This document shows positions 1 to 15,000 of a DNA stretch of 64,000 nucleotides, piece by piece. The stretch comes from Balanoglossus misakiensis (taxonomy: Eukaryota > Animalia > Hemichordata). The stretch's first letter is position 1. Each line of letters starts with the position of its first letter. The DNA is taken from the NCBI GenBank assembly GCA_040954595.2, contig CM082596.2, positions 10,966,454 through 11,030,453 of the forward strand. Reading direction: 5' to 3'. The notes under the pieces were generated by a model, which searched no databases, was not told the origin of the DNA, and worked only from the letters and a program-made list of their open reading frames with translations. The translations under genes were made by a program, and so were the position numbers.

Positions 1-3000
1 GGAATGTTGTAAGGGATAGATTAATATTGCAAATAATTTAATTTCTTACATCATAAATGGAATTCAAAGAATGGTCACATAACGGGCCATGTTTTACTAA
101 AAAACTTCTGTATAGTTTCAAGGGTTTGTGTTGAAATTTCGAATTCTCTCCAAGATTTAAGTGGAACAGTTACAGAATGGAAACAAATATTGAAATAGTT
201 ATGCTGGAATGTTGTAAGGGATAGATTAATATTGCAAAAAAAATAAATTTCTTACATCATAAATAGAATTCAAAGAATGGTCACATAACAGGCCATGCTT
301 TACTAAAAAGACTTAATATGTATAGTTTGAAGGCTTTGTTTTGGAATAACGAATTCTCTACAAGATTTAAGTGGAATAGTCACAGAATGAAAACAAATAT
401 GGAAAGAGTTATGCTGGAATGTTGTAAGGGATAGAATAATATTGCATAAAATTTAATTTCTTACATCATAAATGGAATTCAAAGAATGGTCACATAACTG
501 GATATGTTTTACTAAAAAGACTTATGTATAGGTTCAAGAATTTGTGTTGAAATACCAAATTCTCTACAAGATTTAAGTGGAACAGTCACAGAATGAAAAC
601 AAATATGGAAAGAGTTATGTCGGAATGTTGTAAGGAATAGATTAATATTGCAAATAATTTAATTTCTTACATCATAAATGGAATTCAAAGAAAGGTCACG
701 TAACAGGATATGTATAGTTTCAAGCCTTTGTTTTGGAGTAACGAATTCTCTACAAGATTTAAGTGGAACAGTCACAGAATGAAAACAAATATGGAAAGAG
801 TTATGCTGAAATGTTGTAAGGGATAGATTAATATTGCATAAAATTTAATTACTTACATCATAAATGGAATTCAAAGAATGGTCACATAACTGGATATGTT
901 TTACTAAAAAGAATTATGTATAGGTTCAAGAATTTGTGTTGAAATACCAAATTCTCTACAAGATTTAAGTGGAACAGTCACAGAATGAAAACAAATATGG
1001 AAAGAGTTATGTCGGAATGTTGTAAGGGATAGATTAATATTGCAAATAATTTAATTTCTTACATCATAAATGGAATTCAAAGAATGGTCACATAACGGGC
1101 CATGTTTTACTAAAAAGACTTATGTATAGTTTCAAGGCTTTGTTTTGGAATAACGAATTCTCTCCAAGATTTAAGTTGAACAGTTACAGAATGAAAACAA
1201 ATATGGAAAGAGTTATGCCGGAATGTTGTAAGGGATAGATTAATATTGCAAATAATTTAATTTCTTACATCATAAATGGAATTCAAACAAAACGTCACGT
1301 AACACGATATGTATAGTTTCAAGGCTTTGTTTTGGAATAACGAATTCTCTACAAGATTTAAGTGGAACAGTCACAGAATGAAAACAAATATGGAAAGAGT
1401 TATGCCGGAATGTTGTAAGGAATAGATTAATATTGCAAATAATTTAATTTCTTACATCATAAATGGAATTCAAAGAAAGGTCACGTAACAGGATATGTAT
1501 AGTTTCAAGCCTTTGTTTTGGAGTAACGAATTCTCTACAAGATTTAAGTGGAACAGTCACAGAATGAAAACAAATATGGAAAGAGTTATGCTGAAATGTT
1601 GTAAGGGATAGAATAATATTGCATAAAATTTAATTTCTTACATCATAAATGGAATTCAAAGAATGGTCACATAACTGGATATGTTTTACTAAAAAGACTT
1701 ATGTATAGGTTCAAGAATTTGTGTTGAAATACCAAATTCTCTACAAGATTTAAGTGGAACAGTCACAGAATGAAAACAAATATGGAAAGAGTTATGTCGG
1801 AATGTTGTAAGGGATAGATTAATATTGCAAATAATTTAATTTCTTACATCATAAATGGAATTCAAAGAATGGTCACATAACGGGCCATGTTTTACTAAAA
1901 AGACTTATGTATAGTTTCAAGGCTTTGTTTTGGAATAACGAATTCTCTCCAAGATTTAAGTTGAACAGTTACAGAATGAAAACAAATATGGAAAGAGTTA
2001 TGCCGGAATGTTGTAAGGGATAGATTAATATTGCAAATAATTTAATTTCTTACATCATAAATGGAATTCAAACAAAACGTCACGTAACACGATATGTATA
2101 GTTTCAAGGCTTTGTTTTGGAATAACGAATTCTCTACAAGATTTAAGTGGAACAGTCACAGAATGAAAACAAATATGGAAAGAGTTATGCCGGAATGTTG
2201 TAAGGAATAGATTAATATTGCAAATAATTTAATTTCTTACATCATAAATGGAATTCAAAGAAAGGTCACGTAACAGGATATGTATAGTTTCAAGCCTTTG
2301 TTTTGGAGTAACGAATTCTCTACAAGATTTAAGTGGAACAGTCACAGAATGAAAACAAATATGGAAAGAGTTATGCTGAAATGTTGTAAGGGATAGAATA
2401 ATATTGCATAAAATTTAATTTCTTACATCATAAATGAATTCAAAGAATGGTCACATAACTGGATATGTTTTACTAAAAAGACTTATGTATAGATTCAAGA
2501 ATTTGTGTTGAAATACCAAATTCTCTACAAGATTTAAGTGGAACAGTCACAGAATGAAAACAAATATGGAAAGAGTTATGTCGGAATGTTGTAAGGGATA
2601 GATTAATATTGCAAATAATTTAATTTCTTACATCATAAATGGAATTCAAAGAATGGTCACATAACAGGATATGTTTTACTAAAAAGACTTATGTTATAGT
2701 TTCAAGGCTTTGTTTTGGAATAACGAATTCTCTACAAGATTTAAGTGGAACAGTCACAGAATGAAAACAAATATGGAAAGAGTTATGCCGGAATGTTGTA
2801 AGGAATAGATTAATATTGCAAATAATTTAATTTCTTACATCATAAATGGAATTCAAAGAAAGGTCACGTAACAGGATATGTATAGTTTCAAGCCTTTGTT
2901 TTGGAGTAACGAATTCTCTTCAAGATATAAGTGGAACAGTCACAGAATGAAAACAAATATGGAAAGAGTTATGCTGAAATGTTGTAAGGGATAGAATAAT

Positions 3001-6000
3001 ATTGCATAAAATTTAATTTCTTACATTATAAATGGAATTCAAAGAATGGTCACATAACTGGATATGTTTTACTAAAAAGACTTATGTACAGGTTCAAGAA
3101 TTTGTGTTGAAATACCAAATTCTCTACAAGATTTAAGTGGAACAGTCACAGAATGAAAACAAATATGGAAAGAGTTATGTCGGAATGTTGTAAGGGATAG
3201 ATTAATATTGCAAATAATTTAATTTCTTACATCATAAATGGAATTCAAAGAATGGTCACATAACAGGATATGTTTTACTAAAAAGACTTATGTTATAGTT
3301 TCAAGGCTTTGTTTTGGAATAACGAATTCTCTCCAAGATTTAAGTTGAACAGTTACAGAATGAAAACAAATATGGAAAGAGTTATGCCGGAATGTTGTAA
3401 GGGATAGATTAATATTGCAAATAATTTAATTTCTTACATCATAAATGGAATTCAAAGAAAGGTCACGTAACAGGATATGTATAGTTTCAAGCCTTTGTTT
3501 TGGAGTAACGAATTCTCTACAAGATTTAAGTGGAACAGTCACAGAATGAAAACAAATATGGAAAGAGTTATGCTGAAATGTTGTAAGGGATAGAATAATA
3601 TTGCATAAAATTTAATTTCTTACATCATAAATGGAATTCAAAGAATGGTCACATAACTGGATATGTTTTACTAAAAAGACTTATGTATAGATTCAAGAAT
3701 TTGTGTTGAAATACCAAATTCTCTACAAGATTTAAGTGGAACAGTCACAGAATGAAAACAAATATGGAAAGAGTTATGTCGGAATGTTGTAAGGGATAGA
3801 TTAATATTGCAAATAATTTAATTTCTTACATCATAAATGGAATTCAAAGAATGGTCACATAACAGGATATGTTTTACTAAAAAGACTTATGTTATAGTTT
3901 CAAGGCTTTGTTTTGGAATAACGAATTCTCTACAAGATTTAAGTGGAACAGTCACAGAATGAAAACAAATATGGAAAGAGTTATGCCGGAATGTTGTAAG
4001 GAATAGATTAATATTGCAAATAATTTAATTTCTTACATCATAAATGGAATTCAAAGAAAGGTCACGTAACAGGATATGTATAGTTTCAAGCCTTTGTTTT
4101 GGAGTAACGAATTCTCTTCAAGATATAAGTGGAACAGTCACAGAATGAAAACAAATATGGAAAGAGTTATGCTGAAATGTTGTAAGGGATAGAATAATAT
4201 TGCATAAAATTTAATTTCTTACATTATAAATGGAATTCAAAGAATGGTCACATAACTGGATATGTTTTACTAAAAAGACTTATGTACAGGTTCAAGAATT
4301 TGTGTTGAAATACCAAATTCTCTACAAGATTTAAGTGGAACAGTCACAGAATGAAAACAAATATGGAAAGAGTTATGTCGGAATGTTGTAAGGGATAGAT
4401 TAATATTGCAAATAATTTAATTTCTTACATCATAAATGGAATTCAAAGAATGGTCACATAACAGGATATGTTTTACTAAAAAGACTTATGTTATAGTTTC
4501 AAGGCTTTGTTTTGGAATAACGAATTCTCTCCAAGATTTAAGTTGAACAGTTACAGAATGAAAACAAATATGGAAAGAGTTATGCCGGAATGTTGTAAGG
4601 GATAGATTAATATTGCAAATAATTTAATTTCTTACATCATAAATGGAATTCAAAGAAAGGTCACGTAACAGGATATGTATAGTTTCAAGCCTTTGTTTTG
4701 GAGTAACGAATTCTCTACAAGATTTAAGTGGAACAGTCACAGAATGAAAACAAATATGGAAAGAGTTATGCCGGAATGTTGTAAGGAATAGATTAATATT
4801 GCAAATAATTTAATTTCTTACATCATAAATGGAATTCAAAGAAAGGTCACGTAACAGGATATGTATAGTTTCAAGCCTTTGTTTTGGAGTAACGAATTCT
4901 CTACAAGATTTAAGTGGAACAGTCACAGAATGAAAACAAATATGGAAAAGAGTTATGCTGAAATGTTGTAAGGGATAGAATAATATTGCATAAAATTTAA
5001 TTTCTTACATCATAAATGGAATTCAAAGAATGGTCACATAACTGGATATGTTTTACTAAAAAGACTTATGTATAGGTTCAAGAATTTGTGTTGAAATACC
5101 AAATTCTCTACAAGATTTAAGTGGAACAGTCACAGAATGAAAACAAATATGGAAAGAGTTATGTCGGAATGTTGTAAGGGATAGATTAATATTGCAAATA
5201 ATTTAATTTCTTACATCATAAATGGAATTCAAAGAATGGTCACATAACGGGCCATGTTTTACTAAAAAGACTTATGTATAGTTTCAAGGCTTTGTTTTGG
5301 AATAACGAATTCTCTCCAAGATTTAAGTTGAACAGTTACAGAATGAAAACAAATATGGAAAGAGTTATGCTGGAATGTTGTAAGGGATAGATTAATATTG
5401 CAAATATCTTAATTTCTTACATCATAAAATGAATTCAAAGAATGGTCACATAACAGGATATGTTTTACTATAAGACTTATGTTATAGTTTCAAGGCTTTG
5501 TTTTGGAGTAACGAATTCTCTACAAGATTTAAGTGGAACAGTTACAGAATGAAAACAAATATGGAAAGAGTTATGCTGAAATGTTGTAAGGGATAGAATA
5601 ATATGGCATAAAATTTAATTTCTTACATCATAAATGGAATTCAAAGAATGGTCACATAACTGGATATGTTTTACTAAAAAGACTTATGTATAGGTTCAAG
5701 AATTTGTGTTGAAATACCAAATTCTCTACAAGATTTAAGTGGAACAGTCACAGAATGAAAACAAATATGGAAAGAGTTATGTCGGAATGTTGTAAGGGAT
5801 AGATTAATATTGCAAATAATTTAATTTCTTACATCATAAATGGAATTAAAAGAATGGTCACATAACGGGCCATGTTTTACTAAAAAGACTTATGTATAGT
5901 TTCAAGGCTTTGTTTTGGAATAACGAATTCTCTCCAAGATTTAAGTTGAACAGTTACAGAATGAAAACAAATATGGAAAGAGTTATGCTGGAATGTTGTA

Positions 6001-9000
6001 AGGGATAGATTAATATTGCAAATATCTTAATTTCTTACATCATAAAATGAATTCAAAGAATGGTCACATAACAGGATATGTTTTACTATAAGACTTATGT
6101 TATAGTTTCAAGGCTTTGTTTTGGAATAACGAATTCTCTACAAGATTTAAGTGGAACAGTCACAGAATGAAAACAAATATGGAAAGAGTTATGCCGGAAT
6201 GTTGTAAGGAATAGATTAATATTGCAAATAATTTAATTTCTTACATCATAAATGGAATTCAAAGAAAGGTCACGTAACAGGATATGTATAGTTTCAAGCC
6301 TTTGTTTTGGAGTAACGAATTCTCTACAAGATTTAAGTGGAACAGTCACAGAATGAAAACAAATATGGAAAGAGTTATGCTGAAATGTTGTAAGGGATAG
6401 AATAATATTGCATAAAATTTAATTTCTTACATCATAAATGGAATTAATTCAAAGAATGGTCACATAACTGGATATGTTTTACTAAAAAGACTTATGTATA
6501 GGTTCAAGAATTTGTGTTGAAATACCAAATTCTCTACAAGATTTAAGTGGAACAGTCACAGAATGAAAACAAATATGGAAAGAGTTATGTCGGAATGTTG
6601 TAAGGGATAGATTAATATTGCAAATAATTTAATTTCTTACATCATAAATGGAATTCAAAGAATGGTCACATAACGGGCCATGTTTTACTAAAAAGACTTA
6701 TGTATAGTTTCAAGGCTTTGTTTTGGAATAACGAATTCTCTCCAAGATTTAAGTTGAACAGTTACAGAATGAAAACAAATATTCAAATAGTTATGCTGGA
6801 TTGTTGTAAGGGATAGTTTAATATTGCAAATAATTTAATTTCTCACATCATAAATGAAATTCAAAGAATGGTAAAATAACGGGCCATGTTTTACTAAAAA
6901 GAGTTAATATGTATAGTTTGAAGGCTTTGTTTTGGAATAACGAATTCTCTACAAGATTTAAGTGGAATAGTCACAGAATGAAAACAAATATGGAAAGAGT
7001 TATGCTGGAATGTTGTAAGGGATAGATTAATATTGCATAAAATTTAATTACTTACATCATAAATGGAATTCAAAGAATGGTCACATAACTGGATATGTTT
7101 TACTAAAAAGAATTATGTATAGGTTCAAGAATTTGTGTTGAAATACCAAATTCTCTACAAGATTTAAGTTGAACAGTTACAGAATGAAAACAAATATGGA
7201 AAGAGTTATGCCGGAATGTTGTAAGGGATAGATTAATATTGCAAATAATTTAATTTCTTACATCATAAATGGAATTCAAAGAATGGTCACATAACAGGAT
7301 ATGTTTTACTAAAAAGACTTATGTTACAGTTTCAAGGCTTTGTTTTGGAATAACGAATTCTCTACAAGATTTAAGTGGAACAGTCACAGAATGAAAACAA
7401 ATATGGAAAGAGTTATGCCGGAATGTTGTAAGGAATAGATTAATATTGCAAATAATTTAATTTCTTACATCATAAATGGAATTCAAACAAACGTCACGTA
7501 ACAGGATATGTATAGTTTCAAGGCTTTGTTTTGGAATAACGAATACTTTACAAGATTTAAGTAGAACAGTCACAGAATGAAAACAAATATGGAAAGAGTT
7601 ATGCTGAAATGTTGTAAGGGATAGATTAATATTGCATAAATTTTTTATTTCTTACATCATAAATGGAATTCAAAGAAAGGTCACGTAACAGGATATGTAC
7701 AGTTTCAAGCCTTTGTTTTGGAATAACGAATTCTCTACAAGATTTAAGTGGAACAGTCACAGAATGAAAACAAATATGGAAAGAGTTATGCTGAAATGTT
7801 GTAAGGGATAGAATAATATTGCATAAAATTTAATTTCTTACATTATAAATGGAATTCAAAGAATGGTCACATAACTGGATATGTTTTACTAAAAAGACTT
7901 ATGTACAGGTTCAAGAATTTGTGTTGAAATACCAAATTCTCTACAAGATTTAAGTGGAACAGTCACAGAATGAAAACAAATATGGAAAGAGTTATGTCGG
8001 AATGTTGTAAGGGATAGATTAATATTGCAAATAATTTAATTTCTTACATCATAAATGGAATTCAAAGAATGGTCACATAACGGGCCATGTTTTACTAAAA
8101 AGACTTATGTATAGTTTCAAGGCTTTGTTTTGGAATAACGAATTCTCTCCAAGATTTAAGTTGAACAGTTACAGAATGAAAACAAATATGGAAAGAGTTA
8201 TGCCGGAATGTTGTAAGGGATAGATTAATATTGCAAATAATTTAATTTCTTACATCATAAATGGAATTCAAAGAAAGGTCACGTAACAGGATATGTATAG
8301 TTTCAAGCCTTTGTTTTGGAGTAACGAATTCTCTACAAGATTTAAGTGGAACAGTCACAGAATGAAAACAAATATGGAAAGAGTTATGCTGAAATGTTGT
8401 AAGGGATAGAATAATATTGCATAAAATTTAATTTCTTACATCATAAATGGAATTCAAAGAATGGTCACATAACTGGATATGTTTTACTAAAAAGACTTAT
8501 GTATAGATTCAAGAATTTGTGTTGAAATACCAAATTCTCTACAAGATTTAAGTGGAACAGTCACAGAATGAAAACAAATATGGAAAGAGTTATGTCGGAA
8601 TGTTGTAAGGGATAGATTAATATTGCAAATAATTTAATTTCTTACATCATAAATGGAATTCAAAGAATGGTCACATAACAGGATATGTTTTACTAAAAAG
8701 ACTTATGTTATAGTTTCAAGGCTTTGTTTTGGAATAACGAATTCTCTACAAGATTTAAGTGGAACAGTCACAGAATGAAAACAAATATGGAAAGAGTTAT
8801 GCCGGAATGTTGTAAGGAATAGATTAATATTGCAAATAATTTAATTTCTTACATCATAAATGGAATTCAAAGAAAGGTCACGTAACAGGATATGTATAGT
8901 TTCAAGCCTTTGTTTTGGAGTAACGAATTCTCTTCAAGATATAAGTGGAACAGTCACAGAATGAAAACAAATATGGAAAGAGTTATGCTGAAATGTTGTA

Positions 9001-12000
9001 AGGGATAGAATAATATTGCATAAAATTTAATTTCTTACATTATAAATGGAATTCAAAGAATGGTCACATAACTGGATATGTTTTACTAAAAAGACTTATG
9101 TACAGGTTCAAGAATTTGTGTTGAAATACCAAATTCTCTACAAGATTTAAGTGGAACAGTCACAGAATGAAAACAAATATGGAAAGAGTTATGTCGGAAT
9201 GTTGTAAGGGATAGATTAATATTGCAAATAATTTAATTTCTTACATCATAAATGGAATTCAAAGAATGGTCACATAACGGGCCATGTTTTACTAAAAAGA
9301 CTTATGTATAGTTTCAAGGCTTTGTTTTGGAATAACGAATTCTCTCCAAGATTTAAGTTGAACAGTTACAGAATGAAAACAAATATGGAAAGAGTTATGC
9401 CGGAATGTTGTAAGGGATAGATTAATATTGCAAATAATTTAATTTCTTACATCATAAATGGAATTCAAACAAAACGTCACGTAACACGATATGTATAGTT
9501 TCAAGGCTTTGTTTTGGTATAACGAATTCTCTACAAGATTTAAGTGGAACAGTCACAGAATGAAAACAAATATGGAAAGAGTTATGCCGGAATGTTGTAA
9601 GGAATAGATTAATATTGCAAATAATTTAATTTCTTACATCATAAATGGAATTCAAAGAAAGGTCACTTAACAGGATATGTATAGTTTCAAGCCTTTGTTT
9701 TGGAGTAACGAATTCTCTACAAGATTTAAGTGGAACAGTCACAGAATGAAAACAAATATGGAAAAGAGTTATGCTGAAATGTTGTAAGGGATAGAATAAT
9801 ATTGCATAAAATTTAATTTCTTACATCATAAATGGAATTCAAAGAATGGTCACATAACTGGATATGTTTTACTAAAAAGACTTATGTATAGGTTCAAGAA
9901 TTTGTGTTGAAATATCAAATTCTCTACAAGATTTAAGTGGAACAGTCACAGAATGAAAACAAATATGGAAAGAGTTATGTCGGAATGTTGTAAGGGATAG
10001 ATTAATATTGCAAATAATTTAATTTCTTACATCATAAATGGAATTCAAAGAATGGTCACATAACGGGCCATGTTTTACTAAAAAGACTTATGTATAGTTT
10101 CAAGGCTTTGTTTTGGAATAACGAATTCTCTCCAAGATTTAAGTTGAACAGTTACAGAATGAAAACAAATATGGAAAGAGTTATGCTGGAATGTTGTAAG
10201 GGATAGATTAATATTGCAAATATCTTAATTTCTTACATCATAAAATGAATTCAAAGAATGGTCACATAACAGGATATGTTTTACTATAAGACTTATGTTA
10301 TAGTTTCAAGGCTTTGTTTTGGAGTAACGAATTCTCTACAAGATTTAAGTGGAACAGTTACAGAATGAAAACAAATATGGAAAGAGTTATGCTGAAATGT
10401 TGTAAGGGATAGAATAATATGGCATAAAATTTAATTTCTTACATCATAAATGGAATTCAAAGAATGGTCACATAACTGGATATGTTTTACTAAAAAGACT
10501 TATGTATAGGTTCAAGAATTTGTGTTGAAATACCAAATTCTCTACAAGATTTAAGTGGAACAGTCACAGAATGAAAACAAATATGGAAAGAGTTATGTCG
10601 GAATGTTGTAAGGGATAGATTAATATTGCAAATAATTTAATTTCTTACATCATAAATGGAATTCAAAGAATGGTCACATAACGGGCCATGTTTTACTAAA
10701 AAGACTTATGTATAGTTTCAAGGCTTTGTTTTGGAATAACGAATTCTCTCCAAGATTTAAGTTGAACAGTTACAGAATGAAAACAAATATGGAAAGAGTT
10801 ATGCTGGAATGTTGTAAGGGATAGATTAATATTGCAAATATCTTAATTTCTTACATCATAAAATGAATTCAAAGAATGGTCACATAACAGGATATGTTTT
10901 ACTATAAGACTTATGTTATAGTTTCAAGGCTTTGTTTTGGAATAACGAATTCTCTACAAGATTTAAGTGGAACAGTCACAGAATGAAAACAAATATGGAA
11001 AGAGTTATGCCGGAATGTTGTAAGGAATAGATTAATATTGCAAATAATTTAATTTCTTACATCATAAATGGAATTCAAAGAAAGGTCACGTAACAGGATA
11101 TGTATAGTTTCAAGCCTTTGTTTTGGAGTAACGAATTCTCTACAAGATTTAAGTGGAACAGTCACAGAATGAAAACAAATATGGAAAGAGTTATGCTGAA
11201 ATGTTGTAAGGGATAGAATAATATTGCATAAAATTTAATTTCTTACATCATAAATGGAATTAATTCAAAGAATGGTCACATAACTGGATATGTTTTACTA
11301 AAAAGACTTATGTATAGGTTCAAGAATTTGTGTTGAAATACCAAATTCTCTACAAGATTTAAGTGGAACAGTCACAGAATGAAAACAAATATGGAAAGAG
11401 TTATGTCGGAATGTTGTAAGGGATAGATTAATATTGCAAATAATTTAATTTCTTACATCATAAATGGAATTCAAAGAATGGTCACATAACGGGCCATGTT
11501 TTACTAAAAAGACTTATGTATAGTTTCAAGGCTTTGTTTTGGAATAACGAATTCTCTCCAAGATTTAAGTTGAACAGTTACAGAATGAAAACAAATATGG
11601 AAAGAGTTATGCCGGAATGTTGTAAGGGATAGATTAATATTGCAAATAATTTAATTTCTTACATCATAAATGGAATTCAAACAAAACGTCACGTAACACG
11701 ATATGTATAGTTTCAAGGCTTTGTTTTGGTATAACGAATTCTCTACAAGATTTAAGTGGAACAGTCACAGAATGAAAACAAATATGGAAAGAGTTATGCC
11801 GGAATGTTGTAAGGAATAGATTAATATTGCAAATAATTTAATTTCTTACATCATAAATGGAATTCAAAGAAAGGTCACTTAACAGGATATGTATAGTTTC
11901 AAGCCTTTGTTTTGGAGTAACGAATTCTCTACAAGATTTAAGTGGAACAGTCACAGAATGAAAACAAATATGGAAAAGAGTTATGCTGAAATGTTGTAAG

Positions 12001-15000
12001 GGATAGAATAATATTGCATAAAATTTAATTTCTTACATCATAAATGGAATTCAAAGAATGGTCACATAACTGGATATGTTTTACTAAAAAGACTTATGTA
12101 TAGGTTCAAGAATTTGTGTTGAAATACCAAATTCTCTACAAGATTTAAGTGGAACAGTCACAGAATGAAAACAAATATGGAAAGAGTTATGTCGGAATGT
12201 TGTAAGGGATAGATTAATATTGCAAATAATTTAATTTCTTACATCATAAATGGAATTCAAAGAATGGTCACATAACGGGCCATGTTTTACTAAAAAGACT
12301 TATGTATAGTTTCAAGGCTTTGTTTTGGAATAACGAATTCTCTCCAAGATTTAAGTTGAACAGTTACAGAATGAAAACAAATATGGAAAGAGTTATGCTG
12401 GAATGTTGTAAGGGATAGATTAATATTGCAAATATCTTAATTTCTTACATCATAAAATGAATTCAAAGAATGGTCACATAACAGGATATGTTTTACTATA
12501 AGACTTATGTTATAGTTTCAAGGCTTTGTTTTGGAGTAACGAATTCTCTACAAGATTTAAGTGGAACAGTTACAGAATGAAAACAAATATGGAAAGAGTT
12601 ATGCTGAAATGTTGTAAGGGATAGAATAATATGGCATAAAATTTAATTTCTTACATCATAAATGGAATTCAAAGAATGGTCACATAACTGGATATGTTTT
12701 ACTAAAAAGACTTATGTATAGGTTCAAGAATTTGTGTTGAAATACCAAATTCTCTACAAGATTTAAGTGGAACAGTCACAGAATGAAAACAAATATGGAA
12801 AGAGTTATGTCGGAATGTTGTAAGGGATAGATTAATATTGCAAATAATTTAATTTCTTACATCATAAATGGAATTCAAAGAATGGTCACATAACGGGCCA
12901 TGTTTTACTAAAAAGACTTATGTATAGTTTCAAGGCTTTGTTTTGGAATAACGAATTCTCTCCAAGATTTAAGTTGAACAGTTACAGAATGAAAACAAAT
13001 ATGGAAAGAGTTATGCTGGAATGTTGTAAGGGATAGATTAATATTGCAAATATCTTAATTTCTTACATCATAAAATGAATTCAAAGAATGGTCACATAAC
13101 AGGATATGTTTTACTATAAGACTTATGTTATAGTTTCAAGGCTTTGTTTTGGAATAACGAATTCTCTACAAGATTTAAGTGGAACAGTCACAGAATGAAA
13201 ACAAATATGGAAAGAGTTATGCCGGAATGTTGTAAGGAATAGATTAATATTGCAAATAATTTAATTTCTTACATCATAAATGGAATTCAAAGAAAGGTCA
13301 CGTAACAGGATATGTATAGTTTCAAGCCTTTGTTTTGGAGTAACGAATTCTCTACAAGATTTAAGTGGAACAGTCACAGAATGAAAACAAATATGGAAAG
13401 AGTTATGCTGAAATGTTGTAAGGGATAGAATAATATTGCATAAAATTTAATTTCTTACATCATAAATGGAATTAATTCAAAGAATGGTCACATAACTGGA
13501 TATGTTTTACTAAAAAGACTTATGTATAGGTTCAAGAATTTGTGTTGAAATACCAAATTCTCTACAAGATTTAAGTGGAACAGTCACAGAATGAAAACAA
13601 ATATGGAAAGAGTTATGTCGGAATGTTGTAAGGGATAGATTAATATTGCAAATAATTTAATTTCTTACATCATAAATGGAATTCAAAGAATGGTCACATA
13701 ACGGGCCATGTTTTACTAAAAAGACTTATGTATAGTTTCAAGGCTTTGTTTTGGAATAACGAATTCTCTCCAAGATTTAAGTTGAACAGTTACAGAATGA
13801 AAACAAATATTCAAATAGTTATGCTGGATTGTTGTAAGGGATAGTTTAATATTGCAAATAATTTAATTTCTCACATCATAAATGAAATTCAAAGAATGGT
13901 AAAATAACGGGCCATGTTTTACTAAAAAGAGTTAATATGTATAGTTTGAAGGCTTTGTTTTGGAATAACGAATTCTCTACAAGATTTAAGTGGAATAGTC
14001 ACAGAATGAAAACAAATATGGAAAGAGTTATGCTGGAATGTTGTAAGGGATAGATTAATATTGCATAAAATTTAATTACTTACATCATAAATGGAATTCA
14101 AAGAATGGTCACATAACTGGATATGTTTTACTAAAAAGAATTATGTATAGGTTCAAGAATTTGTGTTGAAATACCAAATTCTCTACAAGATTTAAGTTGA
14201 ACAGTTACAGAATGAAAACAAATATGGAAAGAGTTATGCCGGAATGTTGTAAGGGATAGATTAATATTGCAAATAATTTAATTTCTTACATCATAAATGG
14301 AATTCAAAGAATGGTCACATAACAGGATATGTTTTACTAAAAAGACTTATGTTACAGTTTCAAGGCTTTGTTTTGGAATAACGAATTCTCTACAAGATTT
14401 AAGTGGAACAGTCACAGAATGAAAACAAATATGGAAAGAGTTATGCCGGAATGTTGTAAGGAATAGATTAATATTGCAAATAATTTAATTTCTTACATCA
14501 TAAATGGAATTCAAACAAACGTCACGTAACAGGATATGTATAGTTTCAAGGCTTTGTTTTGGAATAACGAATACTTTACAAGATTTAAGTAGAACAGTCA
14601 CAGAATGAAAACAAATATGGAAAGAGTTATGCTGAAATGTTGTAAGGGATAGATTAATATTGCATAAATTTTTTATTTCTTACATCATAAATGGAATTCA
14701 AAGAAAGGTCACGTAACAGGATATGTACAGTTTCAAGCCTTTGTTTTGGAATAACGAATTCTCTACAAGATTTAAGTGGAACAGTCACAGAATGAAAACA
14801 AATATGGAAAGAGTTATGTCGGAATGTTGTAAGGGATAGATTAATATTGCAAATAATTTAATTTCTTACATCATAAATGGAATTCAAAGAATGGTCACAT
14901 AACGGGCCATGTTTTACTAAAAAGACTTATGTATAGTTTCAAGGCTTTGTTTTGGAATAACGAATTCTCTCCAAGATTTAAGTTGAACAGTTACAGAATG

